DNA from: Escherichia phage vB_EcoM_JN03
Sequence record: OR885871
Reading direction: 5' to 3' (one strand)
Length of the DNA stretch: 64,000 bases
The notes below the pieces were generated by a model. The model searched no databases. It was given only the letters and a program-made list of their open reading frames with translations, and was not told the DNA's origin. The translations under genes and the position numbers were made by a program. Positions 9,389-18,399 of the stretch are shown here, in pieces. Each line of letters starts with the position of its first letter. The first letter of the stretch is position 1.

Positions 9389-10612
9389 ATGAAAGATAAA
9401 CCATATGACATCCCATATTGCGGTGTCCGTGAAACCAAAATCAAATCAGCCCATCCTATGTTAAGTTCATTCCACCGCCAGCTGGCATATGAATGGATGA
9501 GGGATCGTTATGCGATACATGTCAAGAAGGACGTGCAATGCCTTCCAGCGCCATGGACGGATAATCCGGTATTACGCCAAGTCAAGTTTTGTAACGTGCG
9601 GAGAGAGCACGATAGGCAGTCTCGAAATTTGATCAATAATATCATCCTCGATCAGGATCTCACGCTATCTGACAAAATGTTCAACTGTGTATTGTTCCGC
9701 ATGTACAACATGTGGGAACCTATACAGGCTTTGGGTGGTCCATGGACGATCGAAGAATTCGGAAACATAAATCTTGAATGGTGTCGAGATGTTCTTCAGG
9801 AATTCGAATCTAAAGGTGGCAAAGTTTTCACCAATGCGTTTAATACAGGCGGTCTGAAACAATGCCTGGCTTTCCCTGAACTAGTTGTCAACCACAAGGA
9901 GCAACGCTTTGGCGGCATGAAAGTAAAAGTCCATCGGGTTGGCGGTGTTATAGATGAAATGGATTACAAGGTTGCCAAGAAGCTGGCCGAAGATAATCCT
10001 GGTGAATACAAAATAGAAGGCTGGGAACCATACATGCCGATGCGAGTCATCCGCTCTTTGAAGGCATTCGTCAACAAACACCCTCATTACTTTGATCGCC
10101 TCAGGGAATTTAGCCGTCCCGACTCTGTTTACCAGGCGATGTATGACGACATTGAGGGGCTTGGACCATTCTTGGCATACCAGATTTGGGTTGATTTTAC
10201 ATACATCGATGAATATCCATTCAGTGAAAACCACTTCACTATCGCTGGTCCAGGTTGCCGTGCTGGTATCGATCTGTTATTTTTGGACAAGGACGGCATG
10301 ACGCATGAAGAATGCATATTCTGGGTTCGTGATCATCAAGATCAATTGTTCGCTCAGTATGGGTATAAACGTAATGAATTTTGGTCGGCAGAAGAACCGG
10401 AAGATCGTTGCATGAATGTTATGCAGCTGGAGAACATGTTCTGTGAACTTCAGAAATATACCCGCTGCGTTGAGGCGGTGATGCGCGGGGAGAAACCTCG
10501 AGGAAAGGTGGGGTATGACGGGAATGGCAGTGCGTATAAGCAACGTTGTGATGAAGTCGTCCTCAAACGTGGTTCCGTGAATCTTTTAGAACGTTTGAAG
10601 AAACCTGAATAA
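9389..10612 (+). CDS. hypothetical enzyme-sized protein, 407 aa (candidate nucleotide/base-modification enzyme)
   Basis: ATG with GAGAGGA RBS; no P-loop; no family recognisable by eye; occupies the position where T4 has DNA polymerase. Confidence 0.55.
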   Translation: MKDKPYDIPYCGVRETKIKSAHPMLSSFHRQLAYEWMRDRYAIHVKKDVQCLPAPWTDNPVLRQVKFCNVRREHDRQSRNLINNIILDQDLTLSDKMFNCVLFRMYNMWEPIQALGGPWTIEEFGNINLEWCRDVLQEFESKGGKVFTNAFNTGGLKQCLAFPELVVNHKEQRFGGMKVKVHRVGGVIDEMDYKVAKKLAEDNPGEYKIEGWEPYMPMRVIRSLKAFVNKHPHYFDRLREFSRPDSVYQAMYDDIEGLGPFLAYQIWVDFTYIDEYPFSENHFTIAGPGCRAGIDLLFLDKDGMTHEECIFWVRDHQDQLFAQYGYKRNEFWSAEEPEDRCMNVMQLENMFCELQKYTRCVEAVMRGEKPRGKVGYDGNGSAYKQRCDEVVLKRGSVNLLERLKKPE

Positions 10613-10727
10613 AGATTCCCTTTACTTCATTCTTCAATAACTCTTTTCAACGTATTATTGACCTCACTTAAACGAAGCGCCCTGGCAAACGGGGCGCACA
10701 TTTGAACTGAAACAGGAAGACTATACC

Positions 10728-12746
10728 ATGGCAGAATTCAAACCCTTCGCAACGGCAGTTAATAACAACGTGCTGGCGATGTCCGCAACTGGTCTGTTCA
10801 TGACCAATATCGATAAAGATGCTCTTTGGGATCTGTATCTGGAATCTTTCCCTGCTGGTACCAACCCGCTCTACCGTGAGCGTACCGAGCACGACTGTAC
10901 CTGCTGTAAACAATTCATCCGTAACATCGGCGGTGTGGTCACCATCGACTCCGACCTGAACGTGATTTCCATCTGGGACAACATTGATCTGGGTAATGAA
11001 TATGACGTGGTGGCTGCGGCGCTGTCGGCGTATGTCAAACAACACGCAATCGTCGATGTTTATTTTAACGATTCTGCCAAAGTCGGCCTGTCTCACAATC
11101 ACGAATCTGGTGAAGATGGCAAAATCCGTACTTATAATCATTTCCATACCCAATTACTTGGTAGCTATGTTCTGCGTCCGGACGCAATCGCTTCGAAAAA
11201 AGGTGAAATCCGCCAGGCTATTGAATTGTTTGAACGCGGTCTGCGTGAAATTACTCTGGAATCAGCTGAAATCGTTCTGGAACTGATTGACCAGAATTCT
11301 CTGTATCGCGGCGCAGAACACAAAGCAGCAGTGAAGGGATTTGTTGAAACCAAAAAGGCATATGAACAAGTCCCCGAATCAGCCCGTTCTCTTTGGGCAT
11401 GGCATACTGGATACCGTTCAAACAATCATGTTCCACACGGCATCCGTAACACAGTTATCGGCACTCTGCTGACAGATATCAGCGAAGGCGTGGAACTGGA
11501 AAAGGCTGTTAAATCGTTTGAATCCAAAGTTGCTCCGGCGAACTACAAACGTCCGACAGCGCTGGTTTCAAAATCCATGATCGAAAACGCTCAGAAAGAA
11601 GTTATTGCTCTGGGTTTGGAAGACTCACTGGCGCGTCGTTATGCGGTTTATGATGATCTGACAATCAACAACGTTCTGTTCGCAGATCTGGCTGCTCAGA
11701 AAGCGATGGATCCGTTTGCACAGCTGGCCGCCGAAGTGAAAACTCCGACCAAGTCCCTGGAAAAAGTTGAAGAGATCAGCGTTGATGATTTCCTGAGCAA
11801 TGTTCTGCCAAAAGCGCATTCAATGGAAGTGCTTGTAGAGAATTCTCATACTAGCAACCTGATGTCCCTGGTTGCTCCGGCGAACCCAGATGCGCCTAAC
11901 TTGTTCAAGTGGAACAACGGTTTCTCCTGGTCTTACAATGGTGAAGTGGCCGATTCCATTAAAGAACGTGTAAAGGCTGCTGGCGGTAAAGTTGACGGGT
12001 ATCTGCGCGTTTCCTTGGCGTGGCACAATAACGACGACCTCGATCTGCATATGTTCAACAACATGGAGCACGTTTACTTCCGCGATCGCCGCTCTATGAC
12101 AGGTGCCCATCTGGATATCGATATGAACGGTATGGATGGTATTGATCCAAACCGCGCTCCGGTGGAAAATATCATCTTTACAGATGAAAGCAAGCTGCGC
12201 GATGGTGAATACCGTTTCGAAATCCACAACTACAATCAACGTGAAAAAATCGACGAAGGGTTTGAAGTAGAAGTAGAATACAAAGGCGCAACGCATCGTT
12301 TCAGCCATCCTGGCCTGAAAGATCAGGGGCGTATCACTGCAGTCATCCTGACTGTTAAAGACAAACAAGTTGTTGGCATTAAGTCCGAACTGGCTAATGT
12401 TGATAAGTCTAAAGAAGTTTGGGGTATCAAGACTGCGACCTTCCAGAAAGTACAGCTGGTCCTGAACTCACCAAACCATTGGGATGGCGAGCAGACAGGC
12501 AACAAGCACGTGTTCTTCATCCTGGAAGGTTGTGCTAATCCTGAAGGTACTCGTGGTTTCTACAACGAATATCTGAAGCCAGAACTGGATAAACATCGTA
12601 AGGTTTTTGAAATGTTGGGTAGTAAAATGAAAGTCCAGCCGAATGAAAACCAACTGTCCGGTCTGGGATTCTCGACGACGCAACGCAACCACGTGTTCGT
12701 CAAAGTGTCCGGCGCGTTTAACCGTACTGTAAAAGTCATTTTCTAA
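10728..12746 (+). CDS. large hypothetical protein, 672 aa, codon-optimised
   Basis: AGGAAG RBS; strongly host-optimal codons; Cys cluster HDCTCCKQF; acidic segments WHNNDDLDLH and HLDIDMNGMDGID; no Walker motifs. Confidence 0.7.
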   Translation: MAEFKPFATAVNNNVLAMSATGLFMTNIDKDALWDLYLESFPAGTNPLYRERTEHDCTCCKQFIRNIGGVVTIDSDLNVISIWDNIDLGNEYDVVAAALSAYVKQHAIVDVYFNDSAKVGLSHNHESGEDGKIRTYNHFHTQLLGSYVLRPDAIASKKGEIRQAIELFERGLREITLESAEIVLELIDQNSLYRGAEHKAAVKGFVETKKAYEQVPESARSLWAWHTGYRSNNHVPHGIRNTVIGTLLTDISEGVELEKAVKSFESKVAPANYKRPTALVSKSMIENAQKEVIALGLEDSLARRYAVYDDLTINNVLFADLAAQKAMDPFAQLAAEVKTPTKSLEKVEEISVDDFLSNVLPKAHSMEVLVENSHTSNLMSLVAPANPDAPNLFKWNNGFSWSYNGEVADSIKERVKAAGGKVDGYLRVSLAWHNNDDLDLHMFNNMEHVYFRDRRSMTGAHLDIDMNGMDGIDPNRAPVENIIFTDESKLRDGEYRFEIHNYNQREKIDEGFEVEVEYKGATHRFSHPGLKDQGRITAVILTVKDKQVVGIKSELANVDKSKEVWGIKTATFQKVQLVLNSPNHWDGEQTGNKHVFFILEGCANPEGTRGFYNEYLKPELDKHRKVFEMLGSKMKVQPNENQLSGLGFSTTQRNHVFVKVSGAFNRTVKVIF

Positions 12747-12784
12747 TTGATTTTGACCACAAATTCGTAATAAGGAACAATGAA

Positions 12785-13156
12785 ATGTTTGATCAAGCAA
12801 CCCGTTTAAAACTGCGTTTCAACTCTAACAAAGGTCTGCTGTCTGTTGAGCAGGTTTGGGATCTGAACCTGAATGCCCTAAACGAACTGGCGAAAGACCT
12901 CAGCCGTCAGGTGAAGGAAGCCGCCAGCGATGAAGAAGATTTCATCGGCGTGAAAAGCGCAGTCGACTCTCAGTTACAACTGCGTTTCGATATCGTGAAA
13001 GCTATCATCGGTGTTAAACTGAAAGAACGTGACGAAAGCGCAACCGCCGCCGAACGTAAAGCGAATAACCAGGCGATCATGGAACTGATCCAGCGTAAGA
13101 AACAGCAGGAACTGGAAGGTCTCTCTGTTGAAGAACTGGAAAAACTCCTGAAATAA
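12785..13156 (+). CDS. hypothetical protein, 123 aa, charged and probably helical
   Basis: AAGGAA RBS; followed by the terminator at 13180. Confidence 0.55.
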   Translation: MFDQATRLKLRFNSNKGLLSVEQVWDLNLNALNELAKDLSRQVKEAASDEEDFIGVKSAVDSQLQLRFDIVKAIIGVKLKERDESATAAERKANNQAIMELIQRKKQQELEGLSVEELEKLLK

Positions 13157-13179
13157 TCTGTCGGCTCCGGCCTGAGCAA

Positions 13180-13205
13180 CCCCGCCGTGTGCGGGGTTTC
13201 TTTTG
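13180..13205 (+). terminator. rho-independent terminator
   Basis: CCCCGC-cgtgt-GCGGGG hairpin followed by TTTCTTTTGG. Confidence 0.6.
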
Positions 13206-13215
13206 GACAAAGAAT

Positions 13216-13452
13216 ATGAAACAAATTACTAAGACAGTACAAATCACCCAATATCAAACGGATGACGGCAGAGTGTTCGATACTCTTGGTCAGGCCGAAC
13301 ATTATGAGAAGATGAAGTCCGGTATTCGCAAGGTATGCCCTTCTTGTGATGGCAAAGGTCGCGACTCTCCGTCTGGCGACGGGCGTGATATGACGACTTG
13401 TCATTATTGTGGTGGTAAAGGCTGGGTAGAAAAGAAAGAGATATGGGGTTAA
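13216..13452 (+). CDS. small zinc-ribbon protein (CxxC...CxxC), 78 aa
   Basis: CPSCDGKG and CHYCGGKG motifs (DnaJ-type CxxCxGxG zinc finger). Confidence 0.5.
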   Translation: MKQITKTVQITQYQTDDGRVFDTLGQAEHYEKMKSGIRKVCPSCDGKGRDSPSGDGRDMTTCHYCGGKGWVEKKEIWG

Positions 13453-13862
13453 TGAAACCTGTCATCTGTGATTACTGCGGCCTTCCTGCCAAATACGTCA
13501 GTGGTGATGTACTCTACCCTCATCGCCCAGATCTACACAAACTGAAGTTCTGGGTATGCTCGCCATGCGACGCTCGTGTGGGTTGCCATACCCATGGGGA
13601 TGGTAGACAACCTCTGGGAAGGATGGCGAATGCCGCTCTCCGTGCTGCTAAGCAGGAAGCTCATAGGTCGTATGACCCTATCTGGAAAAGTGGGCAGAGG
13701 AGCAGGAGTGATGCTTACAGCTGGCTGGCTCATAATCTGGGGATCAAGAAGCGCGATTGCCATATCGGCTTGTTCGATATCGATATGTGCCGTAAAGTAG
13801 TCGCTGTGTGTAATCAACTAGAGGTGTCAAACGATGTCAAAGGAAATACAAGAATCTTTTGA
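13452..13862 (+). CDS. Cys-rich zinc-binding protein, 136 aa
   Basis: TAATG coupling to the upstream gene; CDYCG...CSPCD cysteine pairs. Confidence 0.5.
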   Translation: MKPVICDYCGLPAKYVSGDVLYPHRPDLHKLKFWVCSPCDARVGCHTHGDGRQPLGRMANAALRAAKQEAHRSYDPIWKSGQRSRSDAYSWLAHNLGIKKRDCHIGLFDIDMCRKVVAVCNQLEVSNDVKGNTRIF

Positions 13863-14085
13863 AAAGTTATCTCAGGTAATGACCGACTGCAACCGCCGAA
13901 ATTATTGCGATGAAGCGTATACGCAATTGAAAACCGTCGTCGAATCTGAGTTGAATAACCTTTCAACTTTTAAAGATATTCAGACCGAAGTGCTATATCT
14001 GTCGGATGAAGATTTAAGGCGTTGTCCCCGCAAGATTTACCAATTACTGGATCGTTTGGTGAAAGTGGGGGTGGATAATGGGTAA
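13834..14085 (+). CDS. hypothetical protein, 83 aa
   Basis: GAGGTG RBS 7 nt upstream. Confidence 0.45.
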   Translation: MSKEIQESFEKLSQVMTDCNRRNYCDEAYTQLKTVVESELNNLSTFKDIQTEVLYLSDEDLRRCPRKIYQLLDRLVKVGVDNG

Positions 14086-14803
14086 TCGTGAAGGGATTAA
14101 ACTCACACAAGAACTTCTGAAGTCACATATTGCTGAAGTGATTTATGAAGACCGTGAAGTCGGTGGCCATCGTGTCATTACATGCCACTTCAAGATGGAC
14201 AATGGCTTCGTCGTCTGGGGGAAGAATAGTTCAACTTCTATCGACCCAGCCAACTTTGATGAAGAGTTGGGTAAGAAACTGGCCTATGAAAAGACCTTCT
14301 CCCAGCTGTGGGAACTGGAAGCATATCGCGCGATGGTAGAAAGGCAGATTATCGATGTGTCCGTCAAAGATGCTAAGATCAACATTGATGAATATGTGTC
14401 AGAAAGGGAAGCGATACATGAGATGGGTGGTTCTGAATTCCTTAAGGGTAAAGGACAATCCGTCGTGTTTCGTCATCCCAAGGATCCAAGTCGGGGATTT
14501 CGAGTTGAATTTGTTCGCACCGATAATGAACGTTATAACGAACGGCGTAATGGTGAAGCAAGATCTTTGGTGGAAGCGTATCTTCGCTCATTCATGACTT
14601 CTGAAGAACTAAATTCTGAACTTGTCTTGCGTTTGGCGAAAACGTGTAATGCTGCTTCAGGGGATTATCCGTGGTGTGACCTGTCAGAAGACAAACGCCA
14701 AGCAGCTTGTGATCGTGTTAAGAAATTCTTGTTAGATCCGAAAGCCCAACCTGGTGATTCCGTGGGGGCGCTGTATAGAGCCATCGTGGTGTCCTACTTG
14801 TGA
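14078..14803 (+). CDS. hypothetical protein, 241 aa
   Basis: GGGGGTGG RBS; overlaps the upstream stop. Confidence 0.55.
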   Translation: MGNREGIKLTQELLKSHIAEVIYEDREVGGHRVITCHFKMDNGFVVWGKNSSTSIDPANFDEELGKKLAYEKTFSQLWELEAYRAMVERQIIDVSVKDAKINIDEYVSEREAIHEMGGSEFLKGKGQSVVFRHPKDPSRGFRVEFVRTDNERYNERRNGEARSLVEAYLRSFMTSEELNSELVLRLAKTCNAASGDYPWCDLSEDKRQAACDRVKKFLLDPKAQPGDSVGALYRAIVVSYL

Positions 14804-14848
14804 TTTTCAAAAGTCTTTCAAAATCAATAACGTCCGGCAAATTGCTGG

Positions 14849-14877
14849 GCGTTTCAATTAACAAGCCAAGGTATAAT
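14849..14877 (+). promoter_or_regulatory. sigma70-type early promoter candidate
   Basis: GTTTCA -35-like element and perfect TATAAT, about 25 nt upstream of the ATG at 14903. Confidence 0.4.
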
Positions 14878-14902
14878 GGTCTAATTGTAAAGCGAGGAAA
14901 TC

Positions 14903-15097
14903 ATGTCCGTAAAAATGAAAATTGATATGACCAAACCATTTTTGCGTTCAGGAGTTGACTCTCTTGACTCACAGTTTAAACCCAGCGAAGTTTTAATCCA
15001 ACAGATTGAGACTAATCGCGAATTCATAGAACACATGCTGGTGAAGCCGGAAGGTGAAGCCGTCCATACCACTAAAGAAGGTAATAACGATGATTGA
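14903..15097 (+). CDS. small protein, 64 aa, translationally coupled to the vWA gene
   Basis: GAGGAA RBS; stop overlaps the vWA ATG by 8 nt. Confidence 0.45.
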   Translation: MSVKMKIDMTKPFLRSGVDSLDSQFKPSEVLIQQIETNREFIEHMLVKPEGEAVHTTKEGNNDD

Positions 15098-17306
15098 ATC
15101 ATTAACATTTAAGAATGCGGTTGCGACCGTCGCGCCGTCTAACCATGTAATCGTTGTGGATATCTCCGGTTCCATGTATCGTTCACTTCCAGAAGTCCGT
15201 AAGCATCTGAAGGAGAACCTGCCTTCCCTGGTGAAACCGGAAGATACTGTGAGCATCCTTTACTTTTCATCTCGCGGTGATTTCGGAACGGTATTTGCCG
15301 GACGTCAGATTAACAGTGCAACTGACCTCAGTGAGATCAATAATCTAATTGACCGTTTCCTGAAGCCTTCTGGTTGTACTGGTTTTGTTGAGCCGCTGAA
15401 ACTGGCTGCGGAAACTGCCATTAGCCTGAATAAACCTGGTTATGTTAACAACCTGGCATTCATGACCGACGGGTATGACAACTGCTGGCGTTCTAATGAA
15501 ATCCTGGATGCCGCTGAAGTACTGCCCAAAGCGTTTGATAACATTACCTTCATCGAATACGGTTGGTATTGTAATCGCGAACTGCTGGGGCTAATGGCAG
15601 AACGTTCTGGTGCGACCCACGTATTCGCCGAAGGACAGAATGAATATCAGACCGAATTGGAAAACGTGCTGAAAACTTCTTCACCGAAAGTTGTAGTCGA
15701 TGTTCCTCTGGTTTATACCCATGCCATTTATGTTGAAAATGGCGTGGCGACTGTTTTAGCTGTGCATCCTGATGAAGAGCACCCTATTGGCCACGTCAGC
15801 ATCCCTGAAAGCGTTTCTCAGCTGTGGGTTGTAAACCCCAACATGATCGACCAGCTGGATAATCTGGCAGACATCCAAGCGGCATACGTGCTGGCATTTT
15901 ACGGCGTGTATACCATGGACGCAGATTTGGTTTGGGCTGCGCTGAAGAAAACGGGAGATGTTCGTTTCATCAAACAATACAGCAACTGTTTCACCAAGCA
16001 GGACTATTCCAACATCAAAGTCGATCTGACCCAGGCTATCGTGGATGAAACTCTGCGCGGCGTAGATGGCATCGATTACAATATGGTTCCGGCTGAAGAC
16101 GCCACCACCATTGTTGATGTTCTGACGTATTTGGCTGAAGCAGATGTCTCTATCGTCACCAAGCATCCGCTATTCTCTTACAAGAGCATTGGGCGCGGTA
16201 CTATACAAAAAGTTGACGACACCGAAGACAAGTTGGCCGAAGAGATTGCGAATGCGACTTCTAAAGAAGAGCGTAAAGCCCTGGCGCTCAAACTGGCCGA
16301 GCACGAAGATTGGACGCCGGAATTCAATCCAGCAGATGATAAAGGGATTGTCCCGATCAGCAATTTGGTCTATAATTCAGAACGTCCTAACATCAGTGTG
16401 CAGACAGTTCAACACGGAACGGTTATTGTGCCTGAGTTTGTACAGAAGAAATATGAACTTCCTGAAGAGCTGGGAACCTGGCGTTATCGCAATTACACCA
16501 TTGTCAAGGATGGTATCATCAACCTGAAAACAATGCCTATCACTGCAGATTCTCCGATTGTTCGGGCTAAGGTGGCACAGGATTTGACTGCCATGGGTGT
16601 TCATGTGTTTGGTGGGCCGGAAGTCTTCATTGTAAATCTGGAAAGTGTCCCAATGGTTAACCGCGCCATGACAAAGAATATCAGTGCTGCTGAATTCTTT
16701 GCAGACAATGTGCGCCGTGAAGCATTGAAGGCAAAGCAAAAAGTTCTGAAATTCTACCGTGATGAACTGGTTGGCAAAGGCAACGCTACTGGTCTGGCTT
16801 CAAAATATGGCAAAGAAGCGGCTGATTTCCTGTCAGCAAACGGCATTCGCGACTATGGATTTTCACCGAAGACTTCTTCTGTAGAATCAACCGATGTCTA
16901 TATGAGTCGTGAATTGAATGTGAAAATCAAAGGCGCATCTTCACTGCCGAGCATCGCGTCTGTTATCAAAAAACAGACGGACGGTAAAAAACTGAATGTC
17001 GCTGATCAGCTGATCGCTAATGCCCTGGCCGAATACAATGCGTTTGTTAAATCGCCGATGATCACCAGCGTACCGGAAGAGACTCAGAAAAAGCTGATCG
17101 AAAGTTGGATTGGTGATGCAGCAAAAGCAGCTATCAACGAAGTTCGATCTCTGAACAAAACGCTGTCCAAGGTAGTTTATGGGATTGTTGCAGGCCATGG
17201 TTGGTTTACCGACCTGGATTTGGAAGAATCCACTATGGATGTGGAAGTTGATGGGGTGAAATACACTGTCACTGCCGAACTGGCTGAAAAAGAAGTCAAA
17301 ATCTAA
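15090..17306 (+). CDS. von Willebrand factor A (vWA) domain protein with MIDAS motif, 738 aa
   Basis: N-terminal VVVDISGSM (DxSxS MIDAS) followed by T and D motifs typical of vWA folds; long C-terminal region of unknown function; optimised codons. Confidence 0.75.
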   Translation: MIESLTFKNAVATVAPSNHVIVVDISGSMYRSLPEVRKHLKENLPSLVKPEDTVSILYFSSRGDFGTVFAGRQINSATDLSEINNLIDRFLKPSGCTGFVEPLKLAAETAISLNKPGYVNNLAFMTDGYDNCWRSNEILDAAEVLPKAFDNITFIEYGWYCNRELLGLMAERSGATHVFAEGQNEYQTELENVLKTSSPKVVVDVPLVYTHAIYVENGVATVLAVHPDEEHPIGHVSIPESVSQLWVVNPNMIDQLDNLADIQAAYVLAFYGVYTMDADLVWAALKKTGDVRFIKQYSNCFTKQDYSNIKVDLTQAIVDETLRGVDGIDYNMVPAEDATTIVDVLTYLAEADVSIVTKHPLFSYKSIGRGTIQKVDDTEDKLAEEIANATSKEERKALALKLAEHEDWTPEFNPADDKGIVPISNLVYNSERPNISVQTVQHGTVIVPEFVQKKYELPEELGTWRYRNYTIVKDGIINLKTMPITADSPIVRAKVAQDLTAMGVHVFGGPEVFIVNLESVPMVNRAMTKNISAAEFFADNVRREALKAKQKVLKFYRDELVGKGNATGLASKYGKEAADFLSANGIRDYGFSPKTSSVESTDVYMSRELNVKIKGASSLPSIASVIKKQTDGKKLNVADQLIANALAEYNAFVKSPMITSVPEETQKKLIESWIGDAAKAAINEVRSLNKTLSKVVYGIVAGHGWFTDLDLEESTMDVEVDGVKYTVTAELAEKEVKI

Positions 17307-17314
17307 ATTCAACT

Positions 17315-17339
17315 GGCGGGGAAACCCGCCTTCATTTTG
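17315..17339 (+). terminator. rho-independent terminator
   Basis: GGCGGG-gaaa-CCCGCC hairpin followed by TTCATTTTG. Confidence 0.6.
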
Positions 17340-17343
17340 AGAT

Positions 17344-17661
17344 ATGCTTATGTCAAACAAACCAACTTATGTTGAAGTAATGCGTGTTCTGGCTCAGTAC
17401 GCTTGTGACAACCTGAACATGGAAACTTGGCGCAACGGGGATCACAAGGACAAGTTTGATAACATTGATGATAATATCGATGCTTTAGCGCCGTTACGGG
17501 TTAAGAATGATCTCGGCGGTGACGATCTTGACATGATTGAGCTGGTCATGGAAATCGAAGAAGAGTACGATGTAGAAATTAGTGACGAGTGGGTGGGTAA
17601 ACATGGAGATGATCCTACCCTCGGAGAGTTAGCTGAACTCGTCGTTGCCCTGCGCAAGTAA
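17344..17661 (+). CDS. acyl-carrier-protein-like protein lacking the phosphopantetheine-attachment serine
   Basis: DLGGDDLDMIELVMEIEEEYDVEISDE aligns with the ACP core [27 protein letters not shown], but the DSL serine is replaced by Asp. Confidence 0.6.
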   Translation: MLMSNKPTYVEVMRVLAQYACDNLNMETWRNGDHKDKFDNIDDNIDALAPLRVKNDLGGDDLDMIELVMEIEEEYDVEISDEWVGKHGDDPTLGELAELVVALRK

Positions 17662-17667
17662 CTGAAG

Positions 17668-17696
17668 ATCCCCAACGTTTGTTGGGGATTTTTACT
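17668..17696 (+). terminator. terminator hairpin (repeat A, copy 1)
   Basis: ATCCCCAAC-gttt-GTTGGGGAT 9-bp stem followed by TTTTTACTTTT. Confidence 0.6.
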
Positions 17697-17704
17697 TTTA
17701 GGGG

Positions 17705-17733
17705 TTTACTTCTATAAGGCAAATGCGTATTAT
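17705..17733 (+). promoter_or_regulatory. T4-type early promoter (GTTTAC -35, 17-bp spacer, TATTAT -10)
   Basis: GTTTACT at 17704-17710, 17-nt spacer, TATTAT; copy 1 of a repeated cassette. Confidence 0.55.
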
Positions 17734-17782
17734 TGAATTCATCGGGCGGGGCGTTCCCGTTCATTGAAAGAAGGTATATATT

Positions 17783-18013
17783 ATGTCTGCTGTATCACGC
17801 GTTGTTGACCTCACCCCATTTTGCCTGAACAATATTGCTAACCCTAAATTGGTATTGTTTAAAGATCCCTCTAATTTCTGCTGGCTGGCAAGTTGTGATA
17901 CCCACAACGGACGTCGTGCTGTTTGGGAGTTTCCCGCAACTGATGAAGGTAGAATTTCCGCTATAAGAAAATTAGAACTGGAAAATTCAAGCCGAGAAAT
18001 TAAACAGGCATAA
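17783..18013 (+). CDS. small protein, 76 aa
   Basis: AAGGT RBS; bracketed by repeated terminator-promoter cassettes. Confidence 0.45.
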   Translation: MSAVSRVVDLTPFCLNNIANPKLVLFKDPSNFCWLASCDTHNGRRAVWEFPATDEGRISAIRKLELENSSREIKQA

Positions 18014-18023
18014 CTTTTATTAA

Positions 18024-18088
18024 ATCCCAACAAACGTTGGGGATTTTTACTTTTAGGGGTTTACTTCTATAAGGCAAATGCGTATTAT
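18024..18088 (+). repeat. repeat A copy 2: terminator hairpin plus early promoter cassette
   Basis: About 65 bp nearly identical to 17668-17733; stem 18024-18044 with loop gttt flipped to aaac; TTTACT 18060-18065, TATTAT 18083-18088. Confidence 0.6.
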
Positions 18089-18139
18089 TCAATAACTGGC
18101 GAACGATGGGTTCACCAGGTTGAAAGGTAAGATTATATC

Positions 18140-18379
18140 ATGAAGAACAAAATGGTAGAAACTTCAGTGGAGATTGATCGTAATTGGGGCTTGCTCCGCG
18201 CTAAAGGGTTCCGTCGTGTGTATGCGACCAAAGAAGTATATGCCCAGCGCCGCGATGTTATCATCAGCAAGAAGGGAAAAGATTGGGTTGCCGAAGAAGT
18301 CGATGTCGAAACAGGCGTCGTCGGAAAGGTGAAAGCCAAGGCCGCGATCCTCTTCGCTCTTCTGAAGCACATCAGTTAA
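18140..18379 (+). CDS. small basic protein, 79 aa
   Basis: AAAGGTAAG RBS; own promoter from repeat A copy 2. Confidence 0.45.
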   Translation: MKNKMVETSVEIDRNWGLLRAKGFRRVYATKEVYAQRRDVIISKKGKDWVAEEVDVETGVVGKVKAKAAILFALLKHIS

Positions 18380-18399
18380 TTCTATAACTTAGGGTGGGG

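Noticed and set aside
8440-10727. Expected T4 DNA polymerase (gp43) after regA
   Set aside because: No ORF of polymerase size or with polymerase or exonuclease motifs is present here; the polymerase must lie outside this window.
11820-12368. Long antisense ORFs inside large genes (for example 11820-12368, 15756-16166, 35611-36123, 36349-37011, 54656-55138)
   Set aside because: They lie entirely within stronger sense-strand genes that have RBSs and recognisable domains, and they lack their own RBSs; treated as shadow ORFs.
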